Assembly (NCBI GenBank): GCA_000388065.2
Contig: KB932203.1
DNA: 8,414 nucleotides
Direction: 5' to 3' (one strand)
Origin: Fonticula alba ATCC 38817
Taxonomy: Eukaryota > Protista > Nucleariida
Below, piece by piece: positions 1 through 7,802 of the stretch. Both the position numbers and the translations under genes were made by a program. The number at the start of each line of letters is the position of its first letter. Within the stretch, counting starts at the first letter, position 1. The notes beneath the pieces were generated by a model, which was not told where the DNA came from, searched no databases, and saw only the letters and a list, made by a program, of their open reading frames with translations.

Positions 1-285
1 CCCCCCCCTCCGGCCTTCGAGCTCAAGTTTATTATCACCCATGTCCCCCCCGGCCACAGAGGCAGGTTCGCCCCCAACCCGCCTCACGGCGCGCCCCCCA
101 CGCACTGCGATGATAGTTCTGTGTTCGGGCGGTGCCTTCCCAAACTGGGCACACCAGCAACCGGGGCGCGGCCCAGAGGGGACGAACCGGCGTACTTGCG
201 CCCATTGAGCCCCCCCCCCCCTCTGTCGGACGAGGGGAGCCAGGTCCCCTCTTCCGTCCGGGCCGTTGAAAAAAAAAAGCGTTAG
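1..285 (+). other. Stop-free frame +1 from the window edge to TAG 283-285; possible 3' end of an upstream gene, or chance
   Basis: Hand translation gives PPPPAFELKFIITHVPPGHRGRFAPNPPHG...DEGSQVPSSVRAVEKKKR*. I recognise no domain, and long open frames are common in GC-rich DNA. Confidence 0.15.
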
Positions 286-444
286 CTCCACACGGCAGGA
301 CGATCCCCCCCCCCGCAGTCCACGTCCTGGAACAACCTGACATTCCCCCCCCCCCCCGGTTGAAGAGGGAGCGCCTTCGCTTCCACTCAGCCCCCCCGCC
401 CCCCAGGGGGCTGGGGAAAACAAAAGAAGGGGCGGCATAAAGTC

Positions 445-449
445 AAAAA
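445..449 (-). terminator. RNA polymerase III oligo-dT terminator of tRNA-Asn
   Basis: The minus strand reads CATTC-TTTTT immediately after the tRNA discriminator base. T5 a few nt downstream is the canonical Pol III stop. Confidence 0.8.
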
Positions 450-454
450 GAATG

Positions 455-527
455 CGCTCCCGCACGGGATCGAACCGCGGACCTTGGGATTAACAGTCCC
501 ACGCTCTACCTACTGAGCCACAGGAGC
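455..527 (-). tRNA. trnN-GTT: tRNA-Asn (anticodon GTT), 73 nt, intronless, CCA not encoded
   Basis: The reverse complement folds to a full cloverleaf: acceptor GCTCCTG/CGGGAGC, D-stem GCTC/GAGC, anticodon stem TGGGA/TCCCA with loop CT-GTT-AA (anticodon at 492-494), T-arm CGCGG-TTCGATC-CCGTG, discriminator G73 (typical of Asn). Internal A-box and B-box are present. Confidence 0.97.
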
Positions 528-809
528 CTTCAATAAATGTGTGCCCGGCACCAGGATATTTGAACATTCACGGTTGAGATGCCGGCGGAAACTGCTCGCC
601 CTGTGTGAAAACATGCATGTGTGCGTGGGTCGCGCCGCGCTCACTGCCCATCTCTTCGCAACTCTCACGAAAAAACAGTCCCACCAGGGCGCCAATCGCC
701 CCCCCCCCCCCCCGCCCAGCCCCGGCGGGCTCAAACGTGGGGCAGAACCCGACTCACTTCTTCAGGTTCCATGTCCGTCCTGCGGGCGCATCCCCCTGCG
801 ATCAGAGTC

Positions 810-810
<1 letters not shown>

Positions 811-907
<97 letters not shown>
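811..907 (+). repeat. Uninterrupted poly-C tract, 97 nt
   Basis: Counted directly. It is the source of the spurious poly-Pro and poly-Gly ORFs in the track. Confidence 0.95.
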
Positions 908-1009
908 ATCCCCCTGGTCCTCCCGCCTCTCTCTTTCTCCAAGGCCACCCCCCCCCCCATCTTCCCCCCTCACCTTTATAGCCTCACACACGCACACATC
1001 CCATCCATC

Positions 1010-1465
1010 ATGACCACCCCGCCCCGCGTCGATCCCTCCTCCTTCCCTCCCATCACCTTGAGCAACCTGTCCAAGAGCGATGAGAACCATGTCCATGATG
1101 CCTTCCGCTCGGAGGTCCGGCAGAAGTGTGACGCCCAGATTTTGAGTGCGTGTCCTCTCTCTCTCTCTCTCCCTCGCCCCCTGTCTTGCCCCATTTGCGA
1201 CGGCGCCCCAGACGTAGCTCACCCGTGCTCGCCCGCCTCCCATCCCCCTTCGGCTCTCTGTTCACCCTGGGTCTTTGCCGCTTGCCGTAAAAAAAAAAAA
1301 AAAGAGTACATCGACTGCGCCTACTATCGCACCTTGAGCATCCCCTCCGCCTGCCGCGAGGTGGCCGACGAAATGAATGCCTGCCTTCGGCAGTTTATGA
1401 CGCGCGAGCAGGCCGACCAGTTCCGTGCCACTTTCATCGCATCCAAGGGGGCCGAGAGCACCTAA
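1010..1465 (+). CDS. CMC1: Twin CX9C mitochondrial intermembrane-space protein, Cmc1 (COX assembly) family; join(1010..1145,1305..1465), 98 aa
   Basis: The spliced product is MTTPPRVDPSSFPPITLSNLSKSDENHVHDAFRSEVRQK-CDAQILKYIDC-AYYRTLSIPSA-CREVADEMNAC-LRQFMTREQADQFRATFIASKGAEST*. Removing the 1146-1304 intron gives exact CX9C-X11-CX9C spacing. The 'LSxxxE..R...KC' lead-in, the 'RT.S...AC' loop and 'MN.CL..(F/Y)' resemble Cmc1 as I recall the family. The length of 297 nt is divisible by 3. No database search was run. Confidence 0.85.
   Translation: MTTPPRVDPSSFPPITLSNLSKSDENHVHDAFRSEVRQKCDAQILSACPLSLSLPRPLSCPICDGAPDVAHPCSPASHPPSALCSPWVFAACRKKKKKEYIDCAYYRTLSIPSACREVADEMNACLRQFMTREQADQFRATFIASKGAEST
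1146..1304 (+). other. Spliceosomal intron of CMC1 (159 nt, phase 1), GTGCGT...A15-G
   Basis: Donor TTGA|GTGCGT; acceptor (A)15G|AGTAC. This donor/acceptor pair restores both the frame and the CX9C spacing. The intron contains (CT)8 at 1155-1171. Confidence 0.8.
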
Positions 1466-1905
1466 ACGTCTTGTTTGGTGTGTGTGTTTTTTTTTTCACA
1501 GGCTCCCTACCGGGGGGGGATTTCCCCCTCGCCCCTGCACACACGCATGCGTACACTGTCCCTTCCACGTCGACCCGAGCTGTGATAGACTGCACCGCCG
1601 GACGACCAGCGCGTGCCCCTTGGCAGGAACACGCCCTTCCGCGTCTGGCATGCTCCCCTCCCCCCCCCCCCCTCCCTCCCCTCACCTGGAAAACCGTATG
1701 CACGAGTCCTGCGCATGTCTGTAGCACGAAAGATAGACAAACATTTTTGACAACACCTTCGCATATGTGGCAACGCGTGCTGGGTAAACACACCGGAAGG
1801 AGAAACGTTTGAGCCCGAGCAATCTGACGTATATTGTCGTGGCTATCACCTGGAGGAGGGAAGGGATGCTGTTCAGGGGAAGAAAAGTGGGATGACATGA
1901 TCGGC

Positions 1906-1922
1906 CACACACACACACACAC
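1906..1922 (+). repeat. (CA)8 microsatellite
   Basis: cacacacacacacacac read directly. Confidence 0.9.
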
Positions 1923-2091
1923 TTGCCCGCAAGGCGGGAGGAGGAGGGGCATTCGATCGCATCCCAGAGGAAGGGGGGACAAAATTTCCAGTCCAACTGG
2001 AACGTGATTGCTGGAGAGGGAGATTCAAGTTGACAAGTACAAGAGCAGCGGGGCCAGCCAGAGGTGGCCACCGCCAAGGGGCCGTGTGCAG

Positions 2092-2128
2092 ACACGCACA
2101 CACACGCACATGCACACACGCACGCGCA
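2092..2128 (+). repeat. Imperfect (CA/CG)n alternating purine-pyrimidine tract, 37 nt
   Basis: acacgcacacacacgcacatgcacacacgcacgcgca shows strict R/Y alternation. Confidence 0.85.
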
Positions 2129-2245
2129 AGACACGCATGGATGTGTGCAAGCATATGAATGCATGTTACGCTGGGCATATATGCATGGAGGAGGCGTGGG
2201 AGGACGAGGGCGGCTCAATAGCCACACATAGGCGTCCACGCACGA

Positions 2246-2284
2246 GCGCGCGCATACACACACACACACACACACACACACATG
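2246..2284 (+). repeat. gcgcgcgcat followed by (AC)13 microsatellite; 39-nt alternating purine-pyrimidine tract
   Basis: Read directly from the sequence. Confidence 0.9.
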
Positions 2285-2440
2285 AGAAAAGGCGGAAGAG
2301 GGGAAGAGGAGAGAGGGAGAAAGGGCGGGGAGAACAGCAAAGAGTAGGGAGGACACGGAGGAGCCAATGACAAGGCGCAGCGCGGCCGGCATCATCGCCA
2401 GGAACACCGATGAACACAAGTGCGCGCACATGCATGCAAA

Positions 2441-3414
2441 CTAGGTGGAGATCCCCTGCGAGCAGGTCAGCAGGGCGAACAGCCGGTCCATGAAGGAGAC
2501 CGAGCGCTCGCGCTTGGGTGCCGAGTCGGGTGACCCGGACGAATGGACTGACTGGCTAGAGGAAGCCATTCCGCTGGCCGGCAGCGGCGGGCTGCCCGGC
2601 GCCGGGGTCACTGGCTCGGTGGTCCCCCCCTGCGAACTGGACCGAACCGAGGAGACGGATCCACTGCGCGGCCGGCCGCCCGATGAAGAGGACAACGACC
2701 GCGAGTGCGAAGCCCCCGCCACCCCGGGCGCCACGACGGGCAGGCTGGCGCTGCTGGCGCGGGCACCGGCCGAAACGGAAGCCCCCCCGGCGGCTGATGG
2801 CGTCGGCGGGGTACTCCCCGGCGGCGAGGTGGTGGGATTGGTGAAAAGGCTGAAGGACATGCGAAGGGAAATCCGCCGGCTGGAGCGCGTCGACCGGACC
2901 GTCCCGCCATCCACCTCCACCCCACGAAGGGACCGCGAGGAGCGGCTTTCCTCCAGCTGAGACCCAGGGCCAGCGGCGCCAGGACCGGCGGGCCCGGTGG
3001 CGGCAGCGGTGGTGTCGCGCGCCAGCTGATCGATGGCCGATACATGGGCCTTCACGCGCTCCAGCAGGGCTGGCGACTCGAGCGGCAGCTGAGCCAGCTG
3101 GGGCAGGGCCTCACGCAGGGAGATTTCAAACTTGGGAATAATCGTCCGAAGGAAGGTCACCACGGTGTCCAGATTCCCGGCGAAGCTGTCCGGAATCAGG
3201 GCATCCGGCGGGGGAGGCGCCTCCAACAGGCCGGGCGCTTCGGAGCAATAGGTGATCGCCGACCGGGGGGTCGACGGCAGGGACCCGCCCTGGCCGGCGG
3301 CCAGCAGTCGATGCATCTTCAGCAGGGAAGGCTGCCCTTCGTCAGCCTCATCGACGGTCGGAGACTCCGGCGGATCGGCAGGGCCAGTGGCATGGGCGAT
3401 GCCATCATCAGCAA

Positions 3415-3446
<32 letters not shown>

Positions 3447-6091
3447 GCAACGGCAAGGACCTCCGGGTCCTCGGCTTCGGAAGCCGCAGCCGCCTCGGCC
3501 GAGGAGGGACTCCCCTCATGAGCAACGCCACTGCCAACGCCGGCAGCGGCAACGCCAGTCGAAGTACCCTCCCCGGCGGCCGGCGGCGGGAAAGAGGAAG
3601 TAGCCTCATGAAGAGCGGGGTCCGTGTCGACAGCGGCATCGGCGCCAGCACCGACACCACCATCCGCCTCGGGGGTGGCCTGCTTCTTCGTCCTCTTCTC
3701 GGGGGATGACGGCCCGATGCTCGAACCACAGGCCGGGTCCGATAGGACCAGCACGGTCTCATCCTCATCAAATGACGATGCGAAGTCCAGGAAGGACTGC
3801 ATCTTGGCGGTCTCCTTCTGCAGGAGCGCACCAAGTGGCACCATGTACTCCTCCTTTTGCACGCGAAGGGATTCGGCCGCCAAAATGTTCAGGGCCTTGG
3901 TGAACATGATAAGTGCGCGGCGCTCATCCCGCGTGAGCCCGGTCCGGTAGCACAGCCCATTGAAGGTGGGCGCGAAGATGGACGGGCCGATGAAGCGCAG
4001 GAAGAGGAAGCATCCAACCAAGCGAAGCGAAGCCTGCTCGCGCATCGAGTCCGAGTCGCCAGGGAAGTAGTGCTTCAACCGGGCATAAGAGGTACGCCGC
4101 ATGTACGTGCACAGAGACCGGAGCTTGGGCGGCAGGGCATCGCGCTTTTCCAGGATGTGCGAGATGGTCCAGGACACGATGCCGGCGAACTTGTGCAGAT
4201 TGGCCTCAAGGTCCACGCTCGCCGGGTCCTTGATTTCGGCGGGGTTGATCTCGAAGATGGTGGTGTCCTCAAGGATCTTGTCGATGACGGGCGAGATGAC
4301 CGTCTCCAAATAGGCTGGCCCATGATGCCGGGCAAAGGCCGACGAGAGCATCACCGAAAGACTGCATCGTGATCCGGGGGGGGGGGGGGGGATGAGCAGC
4401 GAGAAAGCCGCGCACATGTCAGCAGCTGGTCCGAAGGGAGGCACACGAATGCACGATGAGCATGTGCCTGGGCGAGAGGCGGCGCAATGGCACCGGGAAG
4501 GAGGCAGAGGGACAGCGGGCAACAGGGAGCACAAGCTTCGGCGGACCTATTATCACGCATGATGTTGGTAAAGTCATGCGACTCGGTCGGGCGATTGAGG
4601 AAAATACGCGTGCGGATCAGGCGCTTCAGGAAGTAGTCCGCATGGTTGGTGTGCTCGAGGAGGACTGCATGTGTGCGCGTGTGCACGTGTGTGTGTGTGT
4701 GTGAGAGAGAGAGGGAGGGAGGGAGTAGCAGCACATGTGGGTGTAGGTGTGGATGTGACGGCGGCAGGGGGGATGTGCAATCGGGTTGATCGACGTGGCG
4801 CGAGGAAAGGGAAGAAAGGAGGGGGAGATTCCATGGACACGCACCGATGATCGATGCAGTGAGGATCTGGGAGTTGAGATATGTCTGCTGGCACAGATGC
4901 GCCAGAAGGTCCAGATCATCGGTAAAGACGTCGTCCCACAGCTCGAGCTTCATCAGGAGCAGTTGCTCCTCCGGGGTCGAGGGGGGTGGGCCACGCAGGG
5001 CGCGCTTGTTGGAGTTGGAGATGGGCGGCGAACCATCCGGCAGAGTGGGCAGGGCTACCTGCACGGAGAGGGAGCTGGAGAAAGACCCGGACGCGGCATG
5101 GCCGCTGAGGGGTCCCCCCTCGCCGCCACTGCCGGCGGTGTTCAGCGGCGAGTAGCTGGAAGACCGCCGGGAGTTGTGGCTGACCGATCGCCGGTGCCCA
5201 AGGCCAAGGGGACCCATGGCTTGGGGATCAATTTCGGAAGAAATGGACGGAAGAATGGTCCGGGGCGAGGGGCTGTCGGCGGAGGAAGCCGGGACCGGCA
5301 TGAGCTCGATGTCACCGTCGCCCCCGGTGGGGGGGGGAAGTCGGGACATGCCCGCCGGCAGGGGGGGCGGCTCGGCCCACGCGCCATCGGTGGAGGGGGC
5401 AGCGGGCGGCACATCAGCTGGGGCGGCCTCCAGCTCGGCAGAAGGAGGCCCCTCTGACAGGAGTGGCTTTTCGGCATCCGCGGCGGCCACCTCGATCGCA
5501 GAGGTGGCGGCTGCGGATTCCGCTGCAGCCGCGTCCTCGGGCTGTGCCAGTGCGGCCTCGGCGGTCGGGGGGGGAATATCAGACCCGACGATCGCATCTT
5601 CGGGCGGAGGATCGGCAACTTGGCCGGCGGCGGCATCGGTCTCGGGAGCGACGATGCTGGCCTCGGCCTCGGGAGGGACGGTGGCGTCCTCCGTGGTAGC
5701 AGCGGCAGCAGCAGCAGCAGGATCCTCCTCCACGGCGACAGGCGGGCTGACTGGGGAGTTTGGCTCAGTCGCCGCGCCCTCAAGACACGCAATGGCCACC
5801 ACTTCCGGCGAAGAGGCATCACTCTGTGTGTCGAAGAGGGTCGGGTCGTCCTCGGCTGGCATGGAGGCAGTAGCCACGGAGTCTGGGAGGGGGCCGAGGG
5901 CCGAGATGTCAGACAGGACGCNNNNNNNNNNNNNNNNNNNNNNNNNNNNNNNNNNNNNNNNNNNNNNNNNNNNNNNNNNNNNNNNNNNNNNNNNNNNNNN
6001 NNNNNNNNNNNNNNNNNNNNNNNNNNNNNNNNNCCCTCGGGGAACGAGGGGGCGAGGGGGCGGGGGGAGGGGGAGGTGGGGGGGGGGGGGG

Positions 6092-6165
<74 letters not shown>

Positions 6166-6181
6166 GGGGGGGGGGAAGGAG

Positions 6182-6222
<41 letters not shown>

Positions 6223-6540
6223 GGGGGGGGACAAGGGCAGCATCGTACCGTCTACCGGGAGAAGCTGAGCCAGGCCCTCAGGGGGGGTGGTCGTGGCATT
6301 GTCATGGACAGAGACATCATCGACAGACAGGTCATCAGATTGGGAAGACGCGGTGCTCTTCACCGGAGCCGCTGGCGGAGCATCGGCCACCGCGGGGGGC
6401 ATCAGATCGGGCTGCTCGTCGGTGGCTGCGGCCGGCATTTTTTGACGATCCTCCAGAGGCTCGGGAGGAGGGGTATCAACAACAACGATGGGGATGGCGG
6501 TGACGGCGACGGGAAACTCGCATGCCGAGAGGTCGGGCAT
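2441..6540 (-). CDS. RasGAP-domain protein (Ras GTPase-activating protein), about 1,130-1,250 aa; complement join(2441..4361, 4547..4664, 4845..6540), with a probable further intron from 6248 into the N gap
   Basis: The spliced core reads ...LLAHLCQQTYLNSQILTASII-V-LLEHTNHADYFLKRLIRTRIF...NIMRDN-S-LSVMLSSAFARHHGPAYLETVISPVIDKIL...FEINP...LPPKLRSLC...VGCFLFLRFIGPSIFAP...RRALIMFTKALNILA...KEEYMVPL...MQSFLD. This matches RasGAP hallmarks: the arginine-finger LFRGNS equivalent (Arg at 4557-4555), the FLR motif (4003-3995, FLRFxxPAIxxP) and KEPYMxxL. Stop TAG is at 2443-2441. The first in-frame ATG is 6540; the track's 6699 start is TTG. The true 5' end is uncertain. Confidence 0.88.
4362..4546 (-). 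other. RasGAP intron (185 nt, phase 2), GTCCGC...C16...ATGCAG
   Basis: Splicing AATAG|GTCCGC to ATGCAG|TCTT creates AGT (Ser) and rebuilds MRDN-S-LS, the RGNSLA-like arginine-finger motif. A candidate branch site CTGAC lies at 4422-4418. Confidence 0.88.
4665..4844 (-). other. RasGAP intron (180 nt, phase 1), GTGCGT...(CT)n(CA)n...ATGCAG
   Basis: Splicing ATCG|GTGCGT to ATGCAG|TCCTC creates GTC (Val) and removes microsatellite-derived junk (SLSLSHTHTH) from the predicted GAP helix. Confidence 0.85.
5922..6033. other. Assembly gap (112 N) inside the RasGAP gene
   Basis: Run of N adjacent to a long G-rich tract. Confidence 0.99.
6047..6230 (+). repeat. Interrupted poly-G tract (pure runs G70 at 6095-6164 and G37 at 6185-6221); poly-C on the RasGAP sense strand
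   Basis: Counted directly. Confidence 0.93.
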
Positions 6541-7360
6541 TAGAAGGGGGGCCGGGCGGCGGTCTGGCGGTCTACAGTGCAGTGGGTCAGAGACTGGCGG
6601 CCAGACGGCAAGCTGGAGAGGACAAATGGGCAGTCTCGGCCGTGGCGGAGCATCGAGACCAGACGGGGGATATGCGGCTGGGCAGGGGAGAAGTACCAAG
6701 ATGGCCAGGCCAGTGCTCTGCTCGGGGGTGGGGTGGGAGGGAGGGGAGCTCGCGCGCGCGTGTACACAGCAAAGAGGTCCGACAGGAGGTGGGGAGAGGG
6801 GAGGGTGGTGGTCGGAGAGGGGGGAGCAGGGGGGGGAGAGAGAGAGAGGGGGGAGGGGAACAGGGGCAGGGAAAAGCGACGGCTGCGCGAGAGGAAGAGC
6901 AATTGAGCAAAACGGGCGGGAGTGGGGACGTGGCGCAGGCGACCCTTTTCAGGTTCTCCCACCCCCCGAGACACACACCACATACACTTTCGCACTTTTG
7001 CGGGCGCCGCCCCTGGCGGTATCCACGCACACACTGCCAGACACACCTGCCTCCTGTTCGAGGCCATCAAGCCGGAGAAGGCAGCAGGCACAGCTTCCCA
7101 GAGTGACGGCCTTGGGGGAAGAACTCCCTAAACGGCCAGGGAGCTGACAATGAACCCCCGCCACGGGAGAGCCAACCGAGGCAACTCGGATGGGTGGGTG
7201 TCCAGATTGTTGGGCAAGCCCGTGCGAGAGCGAGGGAGGGCGGGAGAGAGGGAAAGAGAGACAAAGCACAGGGGGCCGGAGAGCCGGCGAAGAAAAGGAG
7301 AACGGCCTACGCCCGAGTCCTTCGCGCCCAATCGACTTCCTCCAGGGGGGCGGGGGGGGG

Positions 7361-7802
7361 NNNNNNNNNNNNNNNNNNNNNNNNNNNNNNNNNNNNNNNN
7401 NNNNNNNNNNNNNNNNNNNNNNNNNNNNNNNNNNNNNNNNNNNNNNNNNNNNNNNNNNNNNNNNNNNNNNNNNNNNNNNNNNNNNNNNNNNNNNNNNNNN
7501 NNNNNNNNNNNNNNNNNNNNNNNNNNNNNNNNNNNNNNNNNNNNNNNNNNNNNNNNNNNNNNNNNNNNNNNNNNNNNNNNNNNNNNNNNNNNNNNNNNNN
7601 NNNNNNNNNNNNNNNNNNNNNNNNNNNNNNNNNNNNNNNNNNNNNNNNNNNNNNNNNNNNNNNNNNNNNNNNNNNNNNNNNNNNNNNNNNNNNNNNNNNN
7701 NNNNNNNNNNNNNNNNNNNNNNNNNNNNNNNNNNNNNNNNNNNNNNNNNNNNNNNNNNNNNNNNNNNNNNNNNNNNNNNNNNNNNNNNNNNNNNNNNNNN
7801 NN
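7361..7802. other. Assembly gap (442 N)
   Basis: Run of N flanked by G-runs on both sides. Confidence 0.99.

Noticed and set aside
60-135. GGTTCG and GTTCG words as a second tRNA or B-box
   Set aside because: They lack the GGTTCGANNCC consensus, and no cloverleaf or A-box could be built.
541-1013. Poly-Pro and poly-Gly ORFs (541..981, 621..1013, 731..1243 and the N-terminal half of 605..1465) suggesting a formin- or extensin-like protein
   Set aside because: All derive from one C97 homopolymer, which is open in every frame. Natural polyproline uses mixed CCN codons. The real CDS begins at ATG 1010.
1289-1303. A15 run as a retro-inserted poly(A) tail or SINE
   Set aside because: I found no target-site duplication or recognisable element body, and the run is better explained as the end of an intron.
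605-1465. The 286-aa track ORF as a single-exon gene
   Set aside because: It does not begin at an ATG (605 is GTG) and it includes poly-C and (CT)n translation. CX9C spacing is restored only by removing 1146-1304.
1425-2435. Several ORFs between the convergent genes (VCVCVC, HTHTHT peptides)
   Set aside because: These are translations of (CA)n/(GT)n microsatellites in probable 3' UTR or intergenic DNA, with no domain signal.
2441-4534. The 697-aa track ORF with N-terminus MCSLLPAV... as the complete protein
   Set aside because: Its first 58 codons are intronic (GTG start, C16 run), and it would lack the arginine finger encoded in exon 4547-4664.
2445-6268. Long plus-strand ORFs antisense to the RasGAP gene (2445..2960, 3044..3709, 3857..4372, 4786..5457, 5174..6268)
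   Set aside because: They are the expected stop-poor shadows of a GC-rich coding strand, and none has a recognisable domain.
7065-7069. TGATG stop-start overlap suggesting uORF termination-reinitiation
   Set aside because: The upstream ORF (7067..7264) begins with a non-ATG codon in CT-rich sequence, and the downstream ATG is itself speculative.
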